From the IMG/VR virus record IMGVR_UViG_3300029288_000150, positions 11,220 through 75,219 of that record: a stretch of 64,000 nucleotides of DNA. One strand, 5' to 3'. Both the position numbers and the translations under genes were made by a program. The first letter of the stretch is position 1. Each line of letters opens with the position of its first letter. The notes beneath the pieces were generated by a model, which saw only the letters and a program-made list of their open reading frames with translations, did not search any database and was not told the origin of the DNA. This document shows, piece after piece, positions 52,924 through 61,889 of this stretch. Source of the stretch: a virus. Taxonomy: Duplodnaviria; Caudoviricetes.

Positions 52924-53912
52924 TGGCCGAGACTTCCTACCTGTGGGACAACCCCGGGACGGGCGACTCGCCCGCCGGGGGCTATGGCAATGCGCTCTTG
53001 TGCCGGGCCGTCTTTCGCATGCTCCTGGGCAGCGATGGGGACCGGGGCGTGCTGCACGGCTGGCTCGACGACCTGGAGGTCACCGACGGCGGGGGCCTGG
53101 ACGCTGCGGTGGGGGCCGGGGCGGCCCTGTGCTACGGGGCATGGCACGAGTCCGACGAGGCCGAGACCGTGGCCCTGCCGGACAATTCGACGGTCCACGT
53201 CGTCGTCCGGGCCGACTGGGCGGCCCAGACCGCCCGCCTGGCCCAGGTGGCGGCCCTGACCCAGAACCCGGGCGTGACCTACGACGTGCCCCTGGCCGAG
53301 GTGACGACGGCCGGCGGGGCCATCGCCCTGATCACCGACGAGCGGGACTATTGCGAGTATCCCACCGTCCTGGAGGCCAGCGCAGTCACGGCCGACAACA
53401 TCCAGACCGGCGCGGCGACTGTCGCCAAGATGATCGACCAGGCGCGGCACCTGTCCCGGGGCGCGGGCGAGTTTGTGGCCGACGCCACGAACCCGGCCAC
53501 CTGGGGCGGGGGCACGACGAGGGGCACCATCTGGCTCCTGGCGGACGCGGCGACCAATGCCGCCTGGTGTACGTTTCGTGTCCCGGCCGATATAAGCAGC
53601 GCCGCCATCGATTTTAACGTCTGGTTTGCCGGGGCCGCCCTGGACAATGGGGACGTGCTCTGGAGCTACAGCCTGTGGCAGGCGGCCGCCGGGGGCGTCC
53701 TGGCAAACACGGCCGGAACCATGACCACGACATTCACGGCCAGCGACCCGACCCAGCACGAGGCTGTCTGCGAGCTGCTGGCGTCGGTAGCCGCCGCGGC
53801 GGGCGACCTGGTCCACCTGCGGGTGGAGCGCCTGGGGGCGGACGGGGCGGACACCTGGACCCATAGCGTGATCCTGTGGGGGATCTCAATCGACTACACG
53901 GCGGATAGCTAG
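52923..53912 (+). CDS. Minor tail/baseplate protein, paralog A2
   Basis: SYLWD, DRGVLHGW..LEV, YDVPLA. Confidence 0.7.
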   Translation: MAETSYLWDNPGTGDSPAGGYGNALLCRAVFRMLLGSDGDRGVLHGWLDDLEVTDGGGLDAAVGAGAALCYGAWHESDEAETVALPDNSTVHVVVRADWAAQTARLAQVAALTQNPGVTYDVPLAEVTTAGGAIALITDERDYCEYPTVLEASAVTADNIQTGAATVAKMIDQARHLSRGAGEFVADATNPATWGGGTTRGTIWLLADAATNAAWCTFRVPADISSAAIDFNVWFAGAALDNGDVLWSYSLWQAAAGGVLANTAGTMTTTFTASDPTQHEAVCELLASVAAAAGDLVHLRVERLGADGADTWTHSVILWGISIDYTADS

Positions 53913-54935
53913 ATGGCACAACGATCACTGTTCTGGGACACCGAGGGCCTGGGGGATGGCGGGCCCTACTCACAGGCCAACCTGCACGACCAATTTCTGC
54001 GCTGCATCCTGGGGGCCACGGGAAACCGGGGCGTGGTGCCGGGCTGGCGGGACGGGCTCCTGGTTTCGGGCACGAGCTCGCCCCTGTCCGTGGCCGCGGG
54101 CGGGGCGGCCGTCTATGGCCTGCTGCACGACTCGGACGCGGCAGTCTCGGTATCGCTCCCCACCCCCTCGGCGGGCCACTCGCGCTATGACCGCGTTGTG
54201 CTCCGCCGATCCTGGGCCGAGCAGACGATCCGCGTTGCCCGCGTGGCAGGCGTGGCGGGGGTTATCCCGGTCGTGCCGGCCCTGACGCAAAGCCCCGGGG
54301 CGATTTACGAGGTGCCCCTGGCCACCGCCCTGGTGACCGATGCCGGGACCGTGACCCTGACCGACGCCCGGGAGTTCCTGGCCTTTCCCACCGCCTGGCC
54401 GGCCGGCATCGTCGGCCTGGGCGATTACGCCGAGGGCGCCGTGGGGGCGGCCGAAATCCCCAACCGCACCCGCTACGAGCTCAAGGGCGGCGGCTCTATC
54501 CGCCCCGACGCGACCAACCCCTGCACCTGGACGGCGGGGGGCTCCTACGATTACTGGGAGTTTGCCGACGCGGCGACCAACGCCGGCTGGGTGACGTTCA
54601 TGGCCCCGGTGGGCCTGGTGGGGTCCGTCAATTTCTACCTATGGAGCGTGCCCGACGTCAACGGCGCCGGGGGCGGGGCGGAGAACGCCCAGTGGGATTA
54701 CTCGGCCTTTTACGGCGCGGGGGACGTGGCCCCCACCAACGCAACGGGCACGGTCAACGCCGACCAGCAGGCCCGGGTTAACACCCGGGTCTACCGCGAC
54801 CAACTCATCGCCGCCCTGCCGGCAACCGAGGGCCAGCCCATCGCCCTGCAGGTGAGCCGGGACGGGGCGGCCGACTCCTATAATAGCGCCATGCGCCTGC
54901 TGGGCGTCGAGATGGAATGGACGGCGGACTCGTGA
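53913..54935 (+). CDS. Minor tail/baseplate protein, paralog A3
   Basis: MAQRSLFWD, NRGVVPGW, YEVPLA. Confidence 0.7.
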   Translation: MAQRSLFWDTEGLGDGGPYSQANLHDQFLRCILGATGNRGVVPGWRDGLLVSGTSSPLSVAAGGAAVYGLLHDSDAAVSVSLPTPSAGHSRYDRVVLRRSWAEQTIRVARVAGVAGVIPVVPALTQSPGAIYEVPLATALVTDAGTVTLTDAREFLAFPTAWPAGIVGLGDYAEGAVGAAEIPNRTRYELKGGGSIRPDATNPCTWTAGGSYDYWEFADAATNAGWVTFMAPVGLVGSVNFYLWSVPDVNGAGGGAENAQWDYSAFYGAGDVAPTNATGTVNADQQARVNTRVYRDQLIAALPATEGQPIALQVSRDGAADSYNSAMRLLGVEMEWTADS

Positions 54936-56386
54936 CGGACCTGACGGTTATCATCCCGGCCCGGAACGAGACGCACCTCCAGCGCACGATCGAGAGCGTG
55001 CTCGCCGCCAGCGAGGCCGACACCGAGATCGTGGCCGTCTGCGACGGCTACTGGCCCGACCCGCCCATCCAGGACCACCCCCGGGTCAACATCATCCACC
55101 ACTCCGAGGCCCGCGGCCAGCGGCAGTCCATCAACGAGGCGGCCCGCATCGCCCGGGGCCGGTTCATTATGAAGCTGGACGCCCATTGCGCCGTGGGGCC
55201 GGGCTTTGACCGCATCCTCATCGAGGACTGGCGGCCGGGCTGGACCCTGGTCCCCCGGATGTATAACCTGGACGCGGCGACCTGGGAGCCCAAGCTGCAC
55301 AAGAAAACAGACTACATGTACGCCGGCTGGAACGAGCGGGGCGAGCTGCGGGCCATGTACTACACCGGCCGGGAGTGGAAACGGCAGCACGCCAGGGCCG
55401 CCGAGATAGACGAGACCATGTGCTGCATGGGGCCGGGCTGGTTCATCGCCGCCGATGACTTCTGGCGAACGGGCGGGTGCGACGAGGGGCACGGAAGCTG
55501 GGGCCAGCAGGGCGTCGAGGTCAGCTTCAAGGCGTGGCTCTCGGGCGGGGCGCTCATGGTGGACAAACGGACCTGGTTCGCCCACTGGTTCCGGGCCAAA
55601 GACGGGGGCTTCCCGTACCCCATCAGCCAGCGGAGCATCGACCGGGCGCGGGCGTACTCGAAAGACTTGTGGACGGGCGACGGCTGGCCGGGGGCCACGC
55701 GCAAGCTGCAATGGCTGGTTGACCGGTTTCAGCCGCCAGGATGGGAGGGCAGATTGGCAGGGCAGGGAGACAGGGAGAAAAACGCGGCGTTGAGCGCCGC
55801 CCTTTACGAGCACATCCACCGCAAAGGCCACGAGCCCCACTGGCGCGGGGTGCGGGTCATCAAACAGCCGGGCGACCTGATTCTCTACCAGGAGGTCATC
55901 TGGCAGAACCGGCCCCGGTGGATCGTCGAGGCCGGGACCAAGTTCGGCGGGTCGGCCCTTTTCTTGCAGGACATGCTCGACCTTGCAGGCGAGGGCGGGC
56001 GGGTCGTGACCATCGACGTCGACGCCCGGGTGGCGGAGCCCGATCCGCGCATCACCTACCTGGCCGGCTCGAGCATCGACCCGGAGATCGTCGCCCGGGT
56101 CAAGGAGATGACCGCCGGGGAGCCGGTCATGGTCGTGCTCGACTCCAACCACGCCCGCCGGCACGTCAAATGGGAGCTGCACCACTACGCCCCCCTGGTG
56201 ACGCCCGGGCAGTACCTGGTGATCGAGGACTGCTACAGCCGCGGGACCGTGCCCTTCGGGCCCCTGGAGGCCCGGGACTGGTTCCTGGCCAGGACGCAGG
56301 AGGGCCGGCTCTTCGAGCAGACGAACCTGGAGCGCAAGTTCCTGGTAGGCGTCTGCAACGGCGGGTGGCTACGGAGGAAAGCGTGA
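54932..56386 (+). CDS. GT2 glycosyltransferase fused to CmcI-family O-methyltransferase
   Basis: VIIPARNE, VCDG, KLDAH; C-half WRGVRVIKQPGDL..YQEVIW..RPRWIVEAGTKFGGSAL, VVLDSNH, YAPLVTPGQYLVIED. Confidence 0.85.
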   Translation: MTDLTVIIPARNETHLQRTIESVLAASEADTEIVAVCDGYWPDPPIQDHPRVNIIHHSEARGQRQSINEAARIARGRFIMKLDAHCAVGPGFDRILIEDWRPGWTLVPRMYNLDAATWEPKLHKKTDYMYAGWNERGELRAMYYTGREWKRQHARAAEIDETMCCMGPGWFIAADDFWRTGGCDEGHGSWGQQGVEVSFKAWLSGGALMVDKRTWFAHWFRAKDGGFPYPISQRSIDRARAYSKDLWTGDGWPGATRKLQWLVDRFQPPGWEGRLAGQGDREKNAALSAALYEHIHRKGHEPHWRGVRVIKQPGDLILYQEVIWQNRPRWIVEAGTKFGGSALFLQDMLDLAGEGGRVVTIDVDARVAEPDPRITYLAGSSIDPEIVARVKEMTAGEPVMVVLDSNHARRHVKWELHHYAPLVTPGQYLVIEDCYSRGTVPFGPLEARDWFLARTQEGRLFEQTNLERKFLVGVCNGGWLRRKA

Positions 56387-56958
56387 CGGCCGTCTTTGTC
56401 CACGTCCCGAAAACGGGCGGGGTGAGCATCCAGCAGGCGCTCGGCCTGGAGCAGCACCGCAACCGCCGGGCCCTGCGGCGGGGGGCAGAGTACGCCGGCC
56501 TGGTGACGTTCGGCCACGAGCTGCCCGCCCGCCTGGTCCGGGCCGGCTACCTGGACCCGACGGGGGTCTTCTTTTTCGCCTTCTGCCGGAACCCCTACGA
56601 CCGGGCGGTCTCCCTGTGGGCCCACTGGCGCCGCGAGGGCGGCGGCCTGGGCTTCCCGGACTGGTGCCGGCTCCTGCCCGCCATGGGCTGGCGCCTCCGC
56701 GCCCCCCAGGCCCGCTGGACGGACGCCATAGACCTGGGGTTCCTGGGAAGGTTTGAGACCCTGGCGGCCGACTTTGATCGGCTGTGCGACGCCCTGGGGG
56801 TAGAGCGGCGGCCCCTGCCACTGCTGAACGCCAGCCCCCACCGGCCATGGCGGGAGCATTACGATGAGGAAACGGCGGCCATCGTCCGGGCGCAATACGC
56901 CCGGGACTTTGAGCGGTTCGGCTACGATGAAAACGATTATCTACCTGACGGACAATAG
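56383..56958 (+). CDS. Sulfotransferase (Sulfotransfer_2-like)
   Basis: FVHVPKTGGVS (5'-PSB), RNPYDRAVSLW (3'-PB), FLGRFETLAADF, LPLLNAS. Confidence 0.88.
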   Translation: MTAVFVHVPKTGGVSIQQALGLEQHRNRRALRRGAEYAGLVTFGHELPARLVRAGYLDPTGVFFFAFCRNPYDRAVSLWAHWRREGGGLGFPDWCRLLPAMGWRLRAPQARWTDAIDLGFLGRFETLAADFDRLCDALGVERRPLPLLNASPHRPWREHYDEETAAIVRAQYARDFERFGYDENDYLPDGQ

Positions 56959-57667
56959 CCTGGACGGGCGGATCGCGGCCCTGTGCCGGCGCAAGCTCCT
57001 GGAGGTGGCGGAGGGCCGGCCCATCGTGTCCGTGTCCCAGCGGCCCGTCGACCTGGGGCGAAACGTCTGCCTGGGGGAGATCGGGCGCTCGTGGCTCTCG
57101 CTCTACCGGCAGCTCGCCGCCGGGTGCGAGGCGGCGGAGACGGATTGGGTCATGGTGGCCGAGCACGACTGCCTCTACACCCCGGAGCACCTGGCCTACC
57201 AGCCGGCCGATCCGGGCGTCTTCTGGTACAACGACAACAGATGGCTTGTCCAGCAGGGCGGCAACCACCCGGAGTTGGACGGCATGTACTCCTGGTGGCC
57301 AGGGTCGCTGGCCCTGTCGCAGCTCGTTTGCCGGCGGGACCTGCTCCTGGCGAGCGTCCGGGAGCGACTGGAGATCCTGGCGGGCGGGGGCAGCCCGCGC
57401 CTGTTCGGCAAGGCGGAGCCGGGCGTCGTGCCGCCCCGGGCCATTCAGCAGGCCCGCAGGTGGGCCGCCTCGGGCCGCCCGGTTTGGCTGCGAAAGTATC
57501 TTGAGGACTATTTGACCCGCTACGAGCATCGGACGTTCAAGACCCGGCTGCCCAACCTGGACATCAGGCACGGGACCAACTGGACGGGGCCGAAGAGGGG
57601 GGCCAGGCGGCGCTACGAGCTGCCCTACTGGGGGCGGTGGGAAACCGTCTGGAGCGAGGGGAGCTGA
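56927..57667 (+). CDS. GT-A-fold glycosyltransferase-like protein
   Basis: IIYLTDN, IVSVSQ, WVMVAEHDCLY (DxD-like). Confidence 0.55.
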   Translation: MKTIIYLTDNSLDGRIAALCRRKLLEVAEGRPIVSVSQRPVDLGRNVCLGEIGRSWLSLYRQLAAGCEAAETDWVMVAEHDCLYTPEHLAYQPADPGVFWYNDNRWLVQQGGNHPELDGMYSWWPGSLALSQLVCRRDLLLASVRERLEILAGGGSPRLFGKAEPGVVPPRAIQQARRWAASGRPVWLRKYLEDYLTRYEHRTFKTRLPNLDIRHGTNWTGPKRGARRRYELPYWGRWETVWSEGS

Positions 57668-60102
57668 TGGCCTGGGATCCAACGCAAGCCACGCCAGACG
57701 GCGGGATAAGCGCCGAACACTGGTATCGGGCCGACCAGGGCACCTGGCAGGACGCCGGGATCACCGTCGCCGACGACGATGGCGAGGTCGTGGGCCGCTG
57801 GGAGGACCTGACCGCCAACGCCGATCACGTCAACCAGGCAACGGCGGACAACAAGCCAACGCTCCAGACCGGCGAGCTGAACGGCCATTCCGTCCTGCGG
57901 TGCGATGGGACAAACGACTTTTTGCAGGGCGCGTTCACCAATGGCGGGGCGCTGGCGCAGCCGTTCACCATCCTCCTGGTGGCAAAGTCCTCTGACTACG
58001 GCGCAACGCGGTGCATCATCAACAGCGATGACGCCACCAACGAGATGGCGGTATTTCAGCACCTCGTATCAAACAGGTGGGGGATCTGGGCCGGGGGGTT
58101 CCTGACCGGCACGTCTGCGCCGGATACCAACTGGCACGTTTGGACGATCAGGTTCGGCGGCGCGTCGTCCGCTTTTTGGCTGGGCGGAGTCAACGAGGCG
58201 ACGGGCGACGGCGGGACGCAAAACGCCGATGGCCTGTCGGTGGGCAGCAACAGCACGGGCAGCGGAGAATATTGGTTCGGCGACATTGCCGAGATCATCA
58301 TCTTTGACGCCGACCTGTCGGACTATGACAAGGACATCGTCGGCCAGTACCTGGCCGACCGCTACGGGCTATCGTACACCGACATCGGCGGCAGCTCGCC
58401 CAGCCCCAGCCCATCGGCCACGCCGAGCGCCAGCCCCTCGGAGGGCACACCCTCGAGCTCGCCCTCGGCCAGCCCCTCGGAGGGCACGCCCTCAAGCAGC
58501 CCAAGCGAAGGGACGCCCAGCGGTTCGCCCTCGAGTTCGCCGAGCGAGGGCACGCCCTCAAGCAGCCCAAGCGAAGGGACGCCCAGCGCCAGCCCGAGCG
58601 AGGGCACACCTTCAAGCTCGCCGTCCGAAGGGACGCCCAGCGCCTCGCCGTCGGAAGGGACGCCGTCCGGAAGCCCCTCGGCCAGCCCCAGCGAGGGCAC
58701 GCCCTCAAGCTCGCCCTCCGCCAGCCCCTCGGCCAGCCCGAGCGCCAGCCCCTCGGCCTCGCCGTCGGAAGGGACGCCCAGCGCCAGCCCCAGCGAGGGC
58801 ACCCCGTCGGCCAGCCCGAGCGCCTCCCCGTCCGAGGGCACGCCCTCGAGCTCGCCCTCGGCGTCGCCCAGCGCCTCCCCGTCGGCCTCCCCGTCGGCCA
58901 GCCCGTCGGCCAGCCCGTCGCCGGCCGCCGTGAGCACGTTCGCCGATTACGAGCTGTGGCTGACCGGCTGGGACGCGGCCCCCCTCAAGACCCTCTGGGG
59001 CCCGGGGCTTGTGAGTTTTGAATGGAGCCACGCCCTCAACCGCCCGTCGGTCTACCGCCTGATCCTGGTCGCCGAGGCCGTGACCCGGGCCGACTTCCGG
59101 CTGCACTACGGCGTCCGGCTGATGCGGAACCCGACCGGCGAGGTCGGCGGCTGGATGCGCGAATACGACGGCCTGCACCTGGACATCGACGAGTGGCTGC
59201 CTGCGGGCGACGTCGACGAGCACTATTGGTCCAGCATGGGGCAATCGCCCGACTGGCTCCTGACCCAGCCCCTCCTGCAGCCCATGGCGTCGGCCAACCC
59301 CGACTGGATGCGGTATGACCTGTGGTGGGACCACGGCCCGGCGGACGACGTGGTCAAGAAAATGGCGGCCGAGTCGATGGGCGGCGGGGCGGAGGCGGAT
59401 CGGCAGTTCTCCTATTTCGCCATCCAGGGCTACGCCGGGGCCGGCGCCTGGGGGTGCTACGAGGGTCGATACATCCGGCTCCTGGACGCCATGGTCGCCA
59501 CCGTTGGCGAGGACGGCTCCCGGGGGCTGTGTGATTTTCGCGTGGTGCCTGCCGCAGGCGGCTACGAGCTCCAGACGTTCGCCCCGTTCTACGGCACCGA
59601 CCGCCGGCGGGGCAATCCGACAGGAAACAAGCCGACGATCTTTAGCCTGGAGAACGGCAACGTCCTGAACCCCCGCCGCCAGGTGTTGCGCCACGCCGAG
59701 GTGACGGTCGCCATCGGCGGCTGGGCCGGGGGTGGGGCGGAGCAGGACATATACCAGGAGGTCAACGCCGCGGCCCTGGCCGAGTCGCCCTTCAACCGCC
59801 GCGAGGCGTTTTATGACCTGCGGGACGTGACCCAGCCCGACCAGATCGCGGGCATCCTGCAGCAGAAGCTCGTCGAGGACGGGGCCCGGGAGATCGTGAC
59901 CTTCGAGCCGCTACAGACGCCGGGCTGCCTGTACGGCCGGGACTGGGGCCTGGGGGACCTGTGCACGCTCGATCTGTGGGGGGAGTCCTACGACGTGCGG
60001 ATCACGGGCGTGACCGGCAAAATCTGGGGCCCGGACTCCGGCGAGGACGAGGTCATCGCCGGGCAGGCGGAATCATGGACGCGGGCAGACCTGGTATCCT
60101 GA
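57667..60102 (+). CDS. LamG-like domain + Ser/Pro-rich linker + ReqiPepy6 Gp37-like (Tal/baseplate hub) protein
   Basis: HWYRADQG...GDIAEIIIFDADLS (LamG-like); C-terminal IFSLENGNV, NRREAFYDLRD, YGRDWGLGD. Confidence 0.75.
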   Translation: MAWDPTQATPDGGISAEHWYRADQGTWQDAGITVADDDGEVVGRWEDLTANADHVNQATADNKPTLQTGELNGHSVLRCDGTNDFLQGAFTNGGALAQPFTILLVAKSSDYGATRCIINSDDATNEMAVFQHLVSNRWGIWAGGFLTGTSAPDTNWHVWTIRFGGASSAFWLGGVNEATGDGGTQNADGLSVGSNSTGSGEYWFGDIAEIIIFDADLSDYDKDIVGQYLADRYGLSYTDIGGSSPSPSPSATPSASPSEGTPSSSPSASPSEGTPSSSPSEGTPSGSPSSSPSEGTPSSSPSEGTPSASPSEGTPSSSPSEGTPSASPSEGTPSGSPSASPSEGTPSSSPSASPSASPSASPSASPSEGTPSASPSEGTPSASPSASPSEGTPSSSPSASPSASPSASPSASPSASPSPAAVSTFADYELWLTGWDAAPLKTLWGPGLVSFEWSHALNRPSVYRLILVAEAVTRADFRLHYGVRLMRNPTGEVGGWMREYDGLHLDIDEWLPAGDVDEHYWSSMGQSPDWLLTQPLLQPMASANPDWMRYDLWWDHGPADDVVKKMAAESMGGGAEADRQFSYFAIQGYAGAGAWGCYEGRYIRLLDAMVATVGEDGSRGLCDFRVVPAAGGYELQTFAPFYGTDRRRGNPTGNKPTIFSLENGNVLNPRRQVLRHAEVTVAIGGWAGGGAEQDIYQEVNAAALAESPFNRREAFYDLRDVTQPDQIAGILQQKLVEDGAREIVTFEPLQTPGCLYGRDWGLGDLCTLDLWGESYDVRITGVTGKIWGPDSGEDEVIAGQAESWTRADLVS
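58393..58923 (+). repeat. Coding low-complexity repeat (SPSEGTP x12 and SPSA runs)
   Basis: About 177 aa almost only S/P/A/E/G/T; synonymous codons vary between units. Confidence 0.95.
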
Positions 60103-60650
60103 CCCGGAGCCTGGCGGACCTGGAGCGGGCGGCCAGGGCCCGGAGCACCACGGGGGTCAACGCCAACTACGGCCGCTTTCGGATGGCCGCCACCTGCCCG
60201 CCGTCGACGTCGATCCACGTCCGGGGCGGGCAGGCGTGGAACACGGGCGGCGGGGAATGGTACAAGGTGCCGTCGGCGACCTTCGACCTGGCGGTCTACG
60301 AGACGGCATACGTCGCCCCCGTGTTCGCCCAGGCGTACTACTACGCCTTCTATTGGCTCGCCGCAGATCTGGACGGGAACCGCCTGTACGTCGGCGGCGG
60401 GTCGACGGCCAGCCTGTGGAGCGAGCACGCCACGGCGGCCGAGGCGGAGCAGGCGGCCCTGGCCCACGATTGCGTCCAGTTGCGGAGCTGGCCGCCGTGG
60501 GATTACGGCATCCCCATCGGCTGCGTGATCCTGCGGAACAACGGCAACACGGTCGATCCCTGCCAGTTCCAGGCCGTCGATCAGGCCAACCGCGGGCGGT
60601 CCTACATCCTCCGCACCTATTCCAGCTTTGTGCCGGTGAATATCACGTGA
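60075..60650 (+). CDS. Tail-associated protein, paralog B1
   Basis: TCPPSTSIHVRGG and ILRNNG...DQANRGRSYI shared with next two; start uncertain. Confidence 0.65.
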   Translation: MDAGRPGILTRSLADLERAARARSTTGVNANYGRFRMAATCPPSTSIHVRGGQAWNTGGGEWYKVPSATFDLAVYETAYVAPVFAQAYYYAFYWLAADLDGNRLYVGGGSTASLWSEHATAAEAEQAALAHDCVQLRSWPPWDYGIPIGCVILRNNGNTVDPCQFQAVDQANRGRSYILRTYSSFVPVNIT

Positions 60651-61273
60651 GCGTCTACGATCTTGTGGGTGGCCGCCTGCGGGCCGTAGAGCGCACGGCG
60701 GCCCGCCAGGCGGCCAGGGGCCAGGCAGACAACTGGTATCAGCTCCGGATCGCGGCCTCCTGCCCGCCCGACACCCGCGTCCACGTCCGGGGCGGCTGGG
60801 TGCAACGCGGCCCGTACTGGGTCGCCCAGCAAGTGGCGTACTTCCCGGCCCTGACCCTGGACTTTGCCGCCGTCGATCAGTTCGCGGCCCGGGCCTACCT
60901 GGGCCCGGGCTACAGCGGCAACTTTGCGACCGCCTACGCCTACCGGCCCGCGCTGCTCCTCTACAGCGCGGACTATTTCGACGCCCTGCTGGACGGGGCC
61001 TCGGCCCCGCCGGTCATCGCCTACGCGGGTGGGACCGAGGCCGAGTTCGACACGGCAGCCGGGGCGGAGCAGGCGATCGACTCCTGGTTCGACGGCGCCC
61101 ACGATGTGGCCTACGCCGGGGATATGCCCCTGGCGGGCATCGTCCTGCGGAACAACGGCGTGACCGGCGTCGACGGCCAGGTGCAGGCCATCGACCAGGC
61201 CAACCGCGGGCGGTCCTACATCTGGCGCGACCTGCGGATCCGGTGCATCACCCTGGGCAGCGGGGTCGGGTAG
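60647..61273 (+). CDS. Tail-associated protein, paralog B2
   Basis: SCPPDTRVHVRGG, VLRNNG...DQANRGRSYIW; GTGA overlap. Confidence 0.7.
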   Translation: MSVYDLVGGRLRAVERTAARQAARGQADNWYQLRIAASCPPDTRVHVRGGWVQRGPYWVAQQVAYFPALTLDFAAVDQFAARAYLGPGYSGNFATAYAYRPALLLYSADYFDALLDGASAPPVIAYAGGTEAEFDTAAGAEQAIDSWFDGAHDVAYAGDMPLAGIVLRNNGVTGVDGQVQAIDQANRGRSYIWRDLRIRCITLGSGVG

Positions 61274-61277
61274 GCCC

Positions 61278-61880
61278 ATGGCGCTCCCCGGCGTTCCCCA
61301 CCTCCGGCGCCGCATCCAGGCGGCCGCCCGGGCCGTAGAGGGCCCGGAGGCCGGCGACTGGGGCGCGTTTTACTTCCTGCCCGCCCCCTCCTGCCCGCCG
61401 GACACCCGGGTCCACGTCCGGGGCGGCCGCCTGTGGCAGGTCTGGGACGGCGTCCCGTGGCTCATCCCCTCGGGCGCCGCCGACCTGGCGGACCCGGCCG
61501 GATCGGGGGTCTGGGGCGCCACCACGAGCCCGCTCTATAGCCCCTCGGAGCACTACATAATCTCTTTTGACACGGCGGGGTATTATCGGGTCTATACCCT
61601 GGTGGTCAAGGTGCCCGCCGACGCGGGCATGGAGTTCTACCTGGTGGACCTGGAGGCCGAGGCCGAGTTCGCCACGGCGGCCGAGGCGGAGGCGGCCTGG
61701 CCGGGCACGGCCTCGTGGGACACCGAGGCGTGGTACCAGGGCTTCCCGGTGTGCGGCCTGGTCCTCCGCAACGACGGCCGGGCGGGCACGCCGGGGGCCA
61801 TCCTGGACATCGACCGGGTGAACCGCGGGCGGTCGTACATCTGGCCGCCCGACTGCCGGCCGCTGGACTACCTGGCGTGA
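61278..61880 (+). CDS. Tail-associated protein, paralog B3
   Basis: SCPPDTRVHVRGG, VLRNDG...DRVNRGRSYIW. Confidence 0.7.
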   Translation: MALPGVPHLRRRIQAAARAVEGPEAGDWGAFYFLPAPSCPPDTRVHVRGGRLWQVWDGVPWLIPSGAADLADPAGSGVWGATTSPLYSPSEHYIISFDTAGYYRVYTLVVKVPADAGMEFYLVDLEAEAEFATAAEAEAAWPGTASWDTEAWYQGFPVCGLVLRNDGRAGTPGAILDIDRVNRGRSYIWPPDCRPLDYLA

Positions 61881-61889
61881 GGCCGGGCC

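Noticed and set aside
58393-58923. Repeat array as CRISPR or VNTR
   Set aside because: In-frame coding repeat with synonymous variation and no spacers
60075-61880. Diversity-generating retroelement
   Set aside because: No reverse transcriptase and no TR/VR pair differing only at adenines in the window
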